A DNA stretch of 62,959 nucleotides, the filler included, from Licmophora abbreviata (Eukaryota): NCBI GenBank assembly GCA_900291995.1. It is 16 parts of 16 records of this genome, joined end to end, with 100 filler letters (N's around TTAATTAATTAA, not from the genome) between each part and the next. Parts side by side here need not be neighbours in the genome. Positions count along the whole stretch, not along the records: positions 8,264 to 11,631 come from OLMU01004297.1; positions 11,732 to 15,970 come from OLMU01004299.1; positions 16,071 to 17,646 come from OLMU01004300.1; positions 17,747 to 22,326 come from OLMU01004301.1; positions 22,427 to 26,576 come from OLMU01004302.1; 11 more parts are not named here. One strand, given 5' to 3'. How positions within the stretch are numbered: the first letter of the stretch is position 1; each line of letters opens with the position of its first letter. The translations under genes were made by a program, and so were the position numbers. The notes below the pieces were generated by a model, which did no database searches, was not told the origin of the DNA, and worked only from the letters and a program-made list of their open reading frames with translations. Below are positions 11,103 through 22,553 of this stretch, piece by piece.

Positions 11103-11631
11103 CTACCACCACCACCAAAATTTGGATTCAGTGCGACGCCCACCGCGTGTGATCTTGCCTGTAACCGAGCCTGCATTCTCGTCGTCGTGATCGTGCGTGG
11201 GAGCTGACCCACCTTGACCACTGGCGCCTCCATAGGATGCAGGGCCACTCTTGCTTCCGCTTTTGCTTCCACTCTTGCTTCCACTTGGCCCGCTCTTGCT
11301 TCCACTCTTGCTTCCACTCTTGCTTCCACTCTTGCTTCCACTTGGCCCGCTCTTGGGGGCCGGAGCAGGTCGGGTCGGAAATGGAACGGGGCGAGTTGGG
11401 AGAGGAAAGGGAGGTGGGAAGTTGGGTCGCGTGGGGACTGGTTGGCGGTGAGGAGTATACTGAGGGTGAGAATGGGGCGTGGGAGGGTTGTTAGGTGAAA
11501 CTGGGCCAGTTCGGGTCGGGAACGGCACAGGTTGGTTTCCTGGCGAAGGTCCTGGGCCCGGGGATGGTCCTGGACCTGGGAAAGGTCCTGGGCCCGGGGA
11601 AGGGCCTGGACCTGGGAAAGGTCCCGGACCC
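11103..11631 (-). CDS. Low-complexity C-terminal fragment (GPGP[FS]P repeats, Pro-rich, KSGS repeats, ends FWWWW); probably the end of the giant VWA-repeat protein
   Basis: Frame is open from the linker at 11632 to the stop at 11103, on the same strand as the repeat protein that runs into the other side of the linker. Confidence 0.7.
11243..11354 (-). repeat. 12-bp coding tandem repeat (KSGS)n
   Basis: Plus-strand unit CCACTCTTGCTT; translates KSGPSGSKSGSKSGSKSGSKSGPSGSKSGSKSGSKSG. Confidence 0.9.
11540..11631 (-). repeat. 18-bp coding tandem repeat GPGP[FS]P, truncated by the linker
   Basis: Units such as GGTCCTGGGCCCGGGGA and GGACCTGGGAAAGGTCC repeat up to the contig end. Confidence 0.85.
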
Positions 11632-11731
11632 NNNNNNNNNNNNNNNNNNNNNNNNNNNNNNNNNNNNNNNNNNNNTTAATTAATTAANNNNNNNNNNNNN
11701 NNNNNNNNNNNNNNNNNNNNNNNNNNNNNNN

Positions 11732-14700
11732 TGATACCACAAGATACGGCGTGTCGTCGAAAACATTGAAGTCACTGCCAATGACCGGCTGCCCAAACTG
11801 ATCCTCGCCTGTAGCTACTACCAGGCCGCCTGGCTCGCTGGGCTGCACGTTCTGTGTGTACGAGCATGTGTACGTCTGTCCTGGTAGAATGACTTGTGGG
11901 ATCTGGCATATTCCCTTCCCATCCAGATCACCATGAACCTCGTCGACGAGACTTCGAATCGTAACGGAATCGATGTCAGACTCATTCTCTATTGCAATTG
12001 TGAATGTGACGCCAGTGCCTCCAGGGGGAATGCTCACTGTGTCTGCTGATTTCGTCACAGCTATACTTGGCAGCTCATCTACAATGATAACCGTTGTGAT
12101 GTCTACGTCTGTGGCTTGATTTCCTTCATCGTCGACGCCGATTCCGGTCAGAGCACTGGTCTCGGAATCACCCGTTGATCCAGTGACGTTCCCTTCAAAT
12201 GTACAAACAAATGTGTCACCTGGTGCTAGAACAACTGGGACGCTACAGTCGCCCTTGCCGTTGAGATCGCCATATTCTTCGTCGACGAGGCTTGTGATGG
12301 TGAGCGGGTCAGAGCCCACAGAGTCATTTGTCACCCATGCAATGAACTCGATCATGCCTCCAGGCGCTGCAACGCTGCTCGGACTCGCAATCTTCGAGAC
12401 GGTTATTTGCGGCAGAACGTCCTCAACTAGTGAATCGAATCCTATGACGGGATTTCCTTCGTCGTCCACGCCAGACGCAATCACGACGGCTGGTTCTGTT
12501 TCTCCTCCGTCACCTGCCATTGTCACGGGGAACGTGCATCGGTACGTCGCTCCAGGCTGGATAATTTGCGGGACGTTGCAATTTCCCTGTCCATCCAGGT
12601 TGCCGTGGACAGAGTCTTCGAGTGCTGTTATTGTGACGGGATTGCTCTCCTCGGATAGGTTCGTGACTGATACTGTGTACATGGAATCCGCGCCCGGCTC
12701 GGGTGGGACAGGAAGAGGCGTTTTGACGACAAATATTTCAGGTTTCAGATCTTCCACTGTGACAACTGATTCCCCGCTATCTGCGACCTCATTTCCACTT
12801 GGATCCGTGCCAGTTGCTGTTGTTGTTCCTCTCTCGACGTAACCAACGTCACCCGATACATCTTCGGTGAAAGAGCACATATATGTCGCTCCTGGGGAAA
12901 GGGTGAATGGGACGGCACAAGACCCCTTTCCGTTGAGAGGGCCAGAGGCGTCGTCGACAAGAGAATAGATATCAATAGGATCGGCTGCTGAGTTGGTGAC
13001 CATCACTGTGTAAACCACTACCGCACCGGTTTCTGGGACTGTCGTTCTATCGGGCACTTTCACCACCGTAATCTCGTTCACAGTCCCATCAGCAATCACC
13101 GCAACTGCGGCGATGGCTGAAGCAGTGACACTATTGCCCTCGTCATCTTGGGCCGCTGCCGTGACAGTTCCGATTTCCTCGTCTCCCCCTTTGCCAGCAA
13201 CTAGATGAGAGTAAGCACACACAAAAGTGTCTCCGGGTGAAATGATTTGGGGCACGAAACAATTGCCAGCTCCATTGAGGTCACCGTGGACGTCATCGAT
13301 GAGGCTCGTCACCGTCAATGGGTCACCATCGTTGCTTTCATTTCGAATCGATATCTCAAAATTTGTCAGTTCACCGGGTTCTGGGACTGAAGTGCGATCT
13401 GGTCTCTTTTCAATGCTCATTTCAGGCAATACATCCACGACTGTAATGACAGCTGTGTCTGATGCAGACGCTGGATTGCTTTCGTCGTCGCGTCCTGACA
13501 CCATTGTTGTGCTTGTTTGCGTATCGCCAGCAGAGCCAGTCACCATGCTGGTGTAAGCACATGACCGGGTCTCGCCTGGCTGAAGAACAACGAAGACGAG
13601 ATTGCTGCAGCCCTTTGTGCTGAGGTCACCTTCAACACTGTCGTTTAGTGCATTGATCGTGACTGGATCCCCGTCACCGGACAAATTCGTGACCATAACA
13701 GTACAAATTATCTCGTCCCCGGGCTCCTTTACAGTTGTAGACGCGGCCACCTTGGTCAAGGAGATTTCAGGGGGGGTATCTGTAATCAAGACTGATGTGT
13801 CATCAGCCGCCGCCACGGGATTGTTCTCGTCATCCTGTCCAGTAGCAGACGCAATTCCGGATACCGATGTTCCTGTCGTGCCCATCACTGTCGTCTCGTA
13901 CGAGCACGTATACGTCCGTCCTGGATCGATTACCCGGGGCACAGAGCAGCTCCCTTGTCCATTGAGATCCCCGTCGATGCTATCGGTCAAGGAGTTGATG
14001 GTAACAGGATCGCTTTTCCCGCTCTCGTTGGAAAGTTCGACGGTGTACGTCACAGTACCGCCAGGCTCGTCAACAGACATCACATCAGACGACTTCTTCA
14101 GACTGATGACAGGGTCAGCGTTGACAATTGTTACGGAAGTGCTGTCTGAGTCGGTCACTTGGTTCAGTTCATCGTCCTCGGCAGTCACAGTGACAACCCC
14201 GGTTTCAATTGAGCCAGCAGTGCCTGATACTTCTTGCAAGTAGTCGCAAGCATACGCCTGCCCGGGGAGAAGAGTCTCACTTAGAATGCTTGTGCAGGTT
14301 CCCAAGACACTCAAATCTCCGTGCTATGTAAGAGTGCAGGTGAAGTATGCTGAAGTTAGAAAAAGCGTGTTCGACGAGACAAACATGTTTTCAATGGCAA
14401 AGATTCTCACCTGGCTGTCAACTAAGCTTTTCACAAAAATCGGCTCCTCGGAGTCGTTCATTACTTTGACAGAGAAGCTGACGAGTCCTCCTGGTTCGTT
14501 AATAAGGGAGGTCCCGGCTGTTTTTTGCACGGAGACTGCTGGTAGAGTGTCTTCAATCACGATTGTTCCCGTGTCTGAAGAGAATACGAGATTACCTTCT
14601 TCATCTGTACCATCTGCCGTCAATGTACTGGAGAAAAAATCCCCCGCATTTCCGGACACGTTTCCAATGAAAGCGCATGTTATTGATTCGCCGGGAAGGA

Positions 14701-15970
14701 TCGTGAGGGGCAGCGCGCAGCTGCCAAGCCCGTTCAGGTCACCAAACTCAGTGTCAACTAGGGTCGTGACATTCAAAGAATCACTTGATGTAGGCGAGGT
14801 ATTTTCGATGGTGACCGTGAAGACCATTTCCGCTCCTGGCTCTGGGATCGTTGGTACATCAGGAGTCAACTGGACACTTAGGTCAGGCAGCACGTCTTCG
14901 ATCGTCACTTCTGTAATATCAGAAGCTGTAACCTGATTTCCCTCTTCGTCCTCTCCGGTAACAGTGGCGTTCCCTTGCGACACAAAGCCTACAATTCCTG
15001 CCACGAGGGCATCGTACTGACATTCATAGATTGCGTCCGGTAATATGACGAAAGGGACAGAGCAATTACCAAGAATGTCAAGGGGGCCATCAATCGAGTC
15101 TACCAAAGAAAGGATCGTCAAGGCGTCCCCGCTTCCAGAAAGGTTCTCAACACGAACCATATAAGTCACGTTTCCTCCCGGTTCTGGCAATCTCGAATCA
15201 CTGACAGATTTATCGATTGTGATTCTTGGAAGCGTGTCGATAATTTGGACGACATCGACGTCCGCTGCCGATACAGGAGTACCTTCGTCATCGGTCCCAG
15301 CGGCGGTTATCTCTGAAATCCATGTTGACCCAGCGTCCCCGGCGACAGATGCGACGAACGAACAAGAATAGACTTCACCAGAGACAATCGCTTGGGGGAC
15401 CACACAATCACCAGTGCCGTTCAGAGGTCCATATTGGCTATCGATGAGCTGGTCAATCCGAACAGGATCAGTTTCATTCGACAGATTCTTAATCTCCACG
15501 GTCCATAATATGGGCGCACCAGGTTCAAACACAGTTGAGCTGTTCGCGATGTACTCTACTGAGATACCGGGTACGGCGTTAAGGATCTCAATGATTGTCT
15601 CGTCAAAGGCCTGTGCCGGATTCCCTTCGTCATCTGCACCTTGTACTGTAACTGTGCCGTTCAAGATATCTCCACCACTACCACTCTGTGGAGCTGTGTA
15701 TGTACAGCTGTAGGATCCGCCAGGCTGAATGATGATTGTCAGCTGTTGACATGTTCCCTTGCCACCAAGCGGACCATCAATGCTGTCCTCGAAGCTCGAT
15801 ATCGTAACAGGGTCCCCTGCTGGACTGTCGTTGAAAATCTCAACAAAGAAGTCGACGTCATCCCCTATCTCCGGAATGCTCGTTGGGTCCGCCGTCTTTT
15901 CGACTCGCATGACAGGAAGCGTGTCCTCGATGGTGACTATTGCGTCATCGGCTGCGGAAACGGGGTTCCC
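11732..15970 (-). CDS. Giant secreted repeat protein, segment 3 (about 12 Ig-like DUF11/DUF7507-type repeats); intron 14324-14410
   Basis: Repeats of about 115 aa: I.V.K.A....V.EPGG.V.F.V.V.N.S....VTI.SL.D...G.L.G.G.C..P..I.PG..Y.C......G..G.......TA.G.DDEGN.V. The GTGAGA..TAG intron joins LVDSQ-HGDLSVLGTC in frame. Confidence 0.9.
15607..15970. repeat. 364-bp near-identical direct repeat, copy A (copy B at 16187-16550)
   Basis: Sequences match at offset 580, with one mismatch seen (15908 C vs 16488 G; Met vs Ile). Confidence 0.93.
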
Positions 15971-16070
15971 NNNNNNNNNNNNNNNNNNNNNNNNNNNNNN
16001 NNNNNNNNNNNNNNTTAATTAATTAANNNNNNNNNNNNNNNNNNNNNNNNNNNNNNNNNNNNNNNNNNNN

Positions 16071-17646
16071 CGCCCTTGATGGCTCCAAACTGATAGAGGG
16101 TGCCACGGACGGATAGTCTGATGGCCCTTGGGAGGTTGATGGACTCAAAGAGGGATCCCTTGTAATCTGAATCAGTGTCGTGTCGGAGGCCTGTGCCGGA
16201 TTCCCTTCGTCATCTGCACCTTGTACTGTAACTGTGCCGTTCAAGATATCTCCACCACTACCACTCTGTGGAGCTGTGTATGTACAGCTGTAGGATCCGC
16301 CAGGCTGAATGATGATTGTCAGCTGTTGACATGTTCCCTTGCCACCAAGCGGACCATCAATGCTGTCCTCGAAGCTCGATATCGTAACAGGGTCCCCTGC
16401 TGGACTGTCGTTGAAAATCTCAACAAAGAAGTCGACGTCATCCCCTATCTCCGGAATGCTCGTTGGGTCCGCCGTCTTTTCGACTCGGATGACAGGAAGC
16501 GTGTCCTCGATGGTGACTATTGCGTCATCGGCTGCGGAAACGGGGTTCCCCTGCTCGTCTTCTCCCATCGCCGTACTCGTGCTGGTCTCGGTGTCGCCCA
16601 TACTTCCGGTGACAAGGCGCTCATATGCGCACGAGTAGGTACCAAAGGGCTGAAGTGTCAGAGGGACGCTACAGTTTCCTTTTCCGTCCAGATCTCCGTG
16701 AGTGTCGTCTGTCAAGTCGGTCACTGTGACAAGGACGGGGTCGTTGTTCTGGATCTCGACGACAAAAGTCACATTTGCAGCGGGCTCCGTGATGAGATTG
16801 GGCAGTGCAGTCTTGTTCAGGGTCAGCGCGGGGCCGGTTGAAAGGACTGTAACTGTTGCGTCGTCCGATGCAACGACCTTGTTTCCGTCGTCGTCTCGCC
16901 CGGTCGCGGTTGCAATGCCAGTCTGGGTTGTTCCAACATCGCCTATAACGGGGAACTCGTACGCACACACATAAGAATCTCCGGGTTGTAGAGTGAGTTC
17001 AATGGTACAGTTCCCGGTCTGGTTCAGGTTCCCGTGCGCCGTATCGGTCAGGTCTTCAACGATGACCGCTTCGCCCGTCTCGTTGTTCCAGAGTTCGATG
17101 ATAAACTCCACCAAACCTCCTGGCCCATCAATCGTCGACTGCGTGGCGGTCTTTCTGATGCCAATCATGGGAAGCGTGTCTTCGATAGCGACAGTGGCGC
17201 TGTCAGAGGCCGATACGTTGTTGGCGTTCTCAGATCTCCCACCCGTTGCGGTGACGGTGCTTGTGCTGACGTCGCCAGCATTTCCGACGATGGGCCACAT
17301 GTACTGACAGGTATACGAAGCCATGACGGGAAGCACTTGCGGCAAGATGCAGCTACTCTCCGAGAGGACACTGGCGTCCAGGTTCCCTGCCAAGTCGTCA
17401 AGAAGGCTGAGAAGTGTCATTGGATCGCCACCCCCTGAATCATTTGTCACGACAACTGTGAAGTTTACTAGCTGCCCTGGTTCCGGAACAACTGGTGTGT
17501 CAACGGTTTTTTGCACCAAAATATCGAGGCCATATGAGGGAGCTTGTGAAACTGATGGAGACGAGGAAGGGTTGCTTGAAGGCTGCATGCTTGTCGATGG
17601 TCCCGAGGATGGGACGCTCGACGGAGCGCTGGAAACCGAAGGACTT
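16071..17646 (-). CDS. Giant secreted repeat protein, segment 2 (4 Ig-like repeats flanked by PSxxPS linkers)
   Basis: Frame is open across the whole contig; same repeat consensus; both ends lie in Pro/Ser repeats. Confidence 0.9.
16187..16550. repeat. 364-bp near-identical direct repeat, copy B
   Basis: Matches 15607-15970. Confidence 0.93.
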
Positions 17647-17746
17647 NNNNNNNNNNNNNNNNNNNNNNNNNNNNNNNNNNNNNNNNNNNNTTAATTAATT
17701 AANNNNNNNNNNNNNNNNNNNNNNNNNNNNNNNNNNNNNNNNNNNN

Positions 17747-20700
17747 TGTAGTGGATGGAATCGAGCTAAGGGATGGTGACAATGACGGGACTGAGGTTGG
17801 ATTTTGGGAGATCGAGGGGCTTGAGGAGGGATCTCTGGAGGGCTGAACACTTGTCGACGGAGACAACGATGGGTGGTCGGAAGGAGCTTGGGAACCAGAA
17901 GGGCTTGAGGATGGCGCCCGCGATGGCGCAGATGAAGCCGACGGTGCTAGGCTGGGTGATGTTGACAGACTTGGCTGAGAACTCGGAGAAAGTGAGACGC
18001 TTGGTGTACTACTTGGGATCGTCGAGGTGCTCGGTGATGCGGATGGTTCTGAATAGATCAGAACTGTCGCGTTTGCAGAGTCGCTCACAGGTGCGTCATC
18101 GTCGTCTTTCCCTGATGCTAGGACCACATCTATATCCTCGTCGTTCGGTCCACCTACGACATTCCTTTCGAACGTGCATGTGTACGTATCCATGGGGAAA
18201 ATAGTCACAGGTAGGGTGCAGCTTCCCACATTGGCGAGACTGAAAGCATTTTGTCCGTTCACGCTCTCAGTCAGAGTATCCAAAATAACAGAGTCGACAG
18301 TTGAAGGATTGAAGACCTCTACGGTGAAGTTCACGGATCCTCCGGGGACAGGAATAATATCAGGGTCTGCTCTCTTCGACACAACGATTCCTGCAGACGG
18401 GATATTCTGAATCTCCACAGTCGCATTCGAAGAACCTGTTACCAAGGCGCCATCGTCGTCAATCCCCGAAGCGGTTACTGTGTCTAGCTCCGTATCAAGG
18501 TAGTTCCCTGCGACAATCCTCGTAAACGAGCACGTATAGGACGTCCCTGGCTCCATGATCTGAGGCACCGTGCAGTTACCCTGCGAGTCCAGATTCATGA
18601 TGTTACCACCTTCGACCAGATCCGTAAGTGAATTGATGATAACCGTATCCACGGTCGATGGATTGTAGATGATGGCAGTGAACGTAACGTCATCCCCCGG
18701 TTCATTGGGGAACTGAGGAGAAGCCAGTTTCGTCACTACGATTCCAGCCGATGGTACGTCGACTATCGTAACAGTTGCGCTGCTACTGCCAGAAACCTGG
18801 ACCCCATCATCGTCGACTCCAGAAGCAGTTATCGTATCAGTATCAGTATCGCTAGGGACCCCCACGACCTCTCGCGTAAACGAGCATGACCACGAGCCTC
18901 CCGGAGAAATGCTCAGGGGAAGGTCACATGTTCCAGTACCGTTCAGATCCATATTCATACCACCCATAAACGAGTCGGTGAGTTCGGTTATATCAACCGT
19001 GTCGACACCCGAGGGGTTGTCAATCAAAACTGTGTACGTGATCGTTCCTCCTGGTTCGTTTATCGATACTGGATTGGCCGATTTTGTTACAACAATACCC
19101 GCCGAGGCGACATCAGCAATCGTAACATTTGCCTCCGAAGAGCCTGAAACAGGCACCCCATCATCGTCCTCACCAGACGCGGTCACCGTGTCAAAGTCTA
19201 CGTCTCCTGGATCTCCTGCAATGTTTCGAACAAAAGTACACTGATAAGTCCCACCTGGTGCAATCGTCTGGGGAAGCGAGCAGCCATTTCCATCCAAGCT
19301 AACTGTTGTCAACACTTGATTTTCATAGTAAGCATCTTCGAGAACCGTTATTGTGACCACATCTGCCGACGATGGATTAGTGATCACAGTTGAGAAGGTC
19401 ACTGGGCCACCAGGCTCATCAATCAGTGGCGTCATGGCTACCTTCGACACCTCGATTCCCGCGGACGCAACATCTCCCACGGAGACAGTTGCGTTGGCTG
19501 TACCAGAGACAGGAACAGAATCGTCATCGGCGCCGGAAGCTAATACAACATCCATCTCAGTGTCTCCAGCATTACCAGAGACAAATCGCGTGAATGAGCA
19601 TGAGTACAAATCCCCTGGGTCGATTGTCTGTGGCACAGAACAGTCTCCAACTCCATTCAAGCCAGTCGCGGAGCCACCATCGATGGTATCGGTGAGGGTA
19701 TCGATCACAACCGTGTCAGCTGCAGAAGGGTTGATAATTGAAATGGTAAAAATTACATTTTCACCTGGTTCCGATACCATTGTAGGATTTGCAGACTTCA
19801 TGACCATGATGCCTGCAGAGGGGACATCAATAGTGGTGACCGCAGCCTGGGCTGTTTCGGAGACAGTCTCGCCATCGTCGTCTTCTCCAGACGCAGTGAC
19901 GATGTCCGTCTCGATGTCCAGTGGCATTCCAGTGACATTTCGGGAGAATGCACAATAGTAAAAATATCCCTGAGGTGCATCGATCTGGGACATGAGGACT
20001 TGAGGGGTTGCACATGAACCTAATCCATTCAAGGAAAACGCTTGACCACCGTCGATTGCGTCGGTGAGTGAATCAATCGTCACAGTTTCACACGAATCAT
20101 TGATAATTCCCACTGTGAAAGTCACAACTCCTTCAGGCTCGCTCACTGCAGTAGGAGAAGCGCTCTTCGTGACGGTAATGGCGGGGGTGTCATCCACCGT
20201 GATAGTCGCCGAACAAGTGGCGGTTCCACAGTCACCAGTTACCGTGAGGGTAACCACAGTGTCACCCATACTGTAGGGTCCTTCGTTGTCAATCCCAACA
20301 GAGTAAGCGTTTCCATTACTGATAGTTCCACTCGTAATGTCATTCAAGAAAGTTTCCAAGTCAGGAGGGGTGTACGTGCAGTCGTCCGTGTCGCTGACAT
20401 CCACCGTGATATCGTTACAGACAGCCGTCGGAGGCGAAGCAGTTACGGCGATTGATGCTGTGCATGTATCAGTAGCTCCGCAGATATCCGTGGCAGTGAG
20501 CGTCACCGCGGTCGAACCGACGAAGTAGGGACCAGGGTCGCTCAGTGACAGTGTGAGGCTATCATTGTCGGTGCTTGAAGCGCCAATGAGATCGGCAAGG
20601 GCTTGGACATCGGGAGGTGTATATTGACACATACCGTTGGAAAAGCCATTCGAAGCAAATGATTGATCCGCACAGCCTGCAGTAGGATCTTCGTTGGTCA

Positions 20701-21726
20701 CAGTGATGGTTCCTGTACAGATTTCGCAGTAGCCCATCGTGTCGTTCTTCACTAGGTCGACGTCAGTAACACCAAGCGCAAAGGCGGTAGTTCCAGGAGG
20801 ATCGTATTCAATCGACAAAGGGAGACCATTGGGACCAATATCTGGACCTTGCTTGATGACATCTGACGAAAGCGTTGCTGTGCAGGTGCCCTGGTCGTGT
20901 GCCACTACGATGTCCTTGCAGCCGATTGGGATTTCGGCAACGCATGCTGCGAGGACATCTTCTATGACAACTTGGGTCAGTGCATTGTTGGCAAAGTCAA
21001 TGAGACTGTAGGTATTTCCATTGAGTGCAATTCCTGCATATCCTGGATAGGTATTGTCGAAGACGCCACCGGTATTCCCACCACCGCTTTCCTCGTTCGA
21101 AACGATGGGAAAGATATATCCGTTGTTCGTGTCGAGAATGGCATTGAGTTCTGCAAGGCTGTCGTAAGGATCGAGATCTCCATTGGTTTCGACATCTGTA
21201 AAGATGAGGGCGCAGAAGGTCCGAGGCTGAGTTGCAAAGGACAGGCCCAGGGTGTCGTCTGCTGACTGTCCAATGGCAGTGTAGCCAGGCTCGATGCTGC
21301 CATCGGCCTGAAGCAGGTTGAGGTTCGCAATAAACTGTGCCTGATCACTGGTGAAGTCTCCATGAGCGATCGGCAATCCGCTGTTTGCAGATCTTCCAAA
21401 ACCAACAACGGCGACCTGAAACTGGTCGTAAGTTGCGTTGACGAGCGCATCAAAGACAACCTGTGTGTTTGACTGCATCGTAGCCTGCTCGTTGCCCATA
21501 CTTCCGGACTCATCGAACATGAAGATGATGTCGCTCGACGTATAGGCTTGCGTGCAATCCTGCGCATCTGTGTGATAGAGTTGATGTAAGAGGAGGAAGT
21601 GCATAATGATTGGTTGGTGTTTTGTTGACTTGGGTCGATATTCGCCATATTGATTTGAATCTTACCACTCCTGAAGACGGCCGAGAAGACGGTCAGTAGA
21701 CCGACCGCGGCGTTCAGAAACTTCAT
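17747..21726 (-). CDS. Giant secreted repeat protein, segment 1: signal peptide, VWA domain, 3 HYR-like domains, 6 Ig-like repeats, Pro/Ser linker; intron 21568-21665
   Basis: Exon 21726-21666 encodes MKFLNAAVGLLTVFSAVFRS; the GTAAGA..CAG intron joins in frame to DAQDCTQ. VWA MIDAS motif DIIFMFDESGSM; HYR-like VGSTAVTLTATDICGATDTCTASIAV. Confidence 0.92.
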
Positions 21727-22553
21727 ACTGCTTCGTCGATGGTCTCCTGGCCAATGGACCGAATCCGTGGATTGAGTCTCTAGACAAGAGATTCAATTTG
21801 GTCACGCCGGCAAAAGTCCAACAAGTGCAGTGAGTGTGTCCCAAACGTCGCTCGCTCACGCCGTCCTAGAACAAACGCAAGGGCTAGACTCTCCACTGCA
21901 AACGATTTAAATCCTTTCTTTCTTTGTGGCCTCTTCTGTTCAAGATATGATACACATCAACCAACGAGGAGCGAACTGCAATAGTTTTTAGTGTGTGATG
22001 ATATTGTGATCATGTTGCCCTGCAAGACATTTGTAAACGACGTCGATTTGAATGAGATCATGACAGTGTTCATTTGAAAACATTCAGCTCTGAGGAGTAT
22101 TTCAATCGACTTCGAGGTAATATACAATTTTATGTTTGAATAAAACGAATATGACAACGGACGACTTTCTTTTCTTCTATCATTCCATTTTAAGCTTAAT
22201 CATTCATTAATGTCTTAACTCAGATTCAAATCCTTTTCAGCGGCTAAAGCCGCTTCGGCTAGTCCGTGTTCCCTCGACTGGCCTATTCTTCGATCGAGTA
22301 CTGTCTGCGCGCGTAGCGCGACAGTGNNNNNNNNNNNNNNNNNNNNNNNNNNNNNNNNNNNNNNNNNNNNTTAATTAATTAANNNNNNNNNNNNNNNNNN
22401 NNNNNNNNNNNNNNNNNNNNNNNNNNCTCTGGCCGGCCTGCTCGGTGCCACTTCCCAGCCTACAGTAGCCAGCCACCCAGACTGCCGTCCTCCGACATTC
22501 CAACATGTCCAGAATTTGTACGAGCTATAGAATCTCCTGTGAGCTCTGGGACG

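Noticed and set aside
11214..11498. Plus-strand repeat ORFs (LASTLAST, CFHSCFHS, LLLPLLLP)
   Set aside because: Alternative readings of the 12-bp repeat; the minus-strand KSGS frame is open from the gap and matches the orientation of the upstream gene.
11103..11631. Calling the tail a silaffin or cingulin gene
   Set aside because: Lysine spacing is KxxxK, no RXL processing sites were seen and it has no visible signal peptide of its own; only an analogy is supported.
11732..21726. Bacterial contamination as the source of the Ig-repeat protein
   Set aside because: Two canonical spliceosomal introns restore the frame, and eukaryote-type PSxxPS linkers are present.
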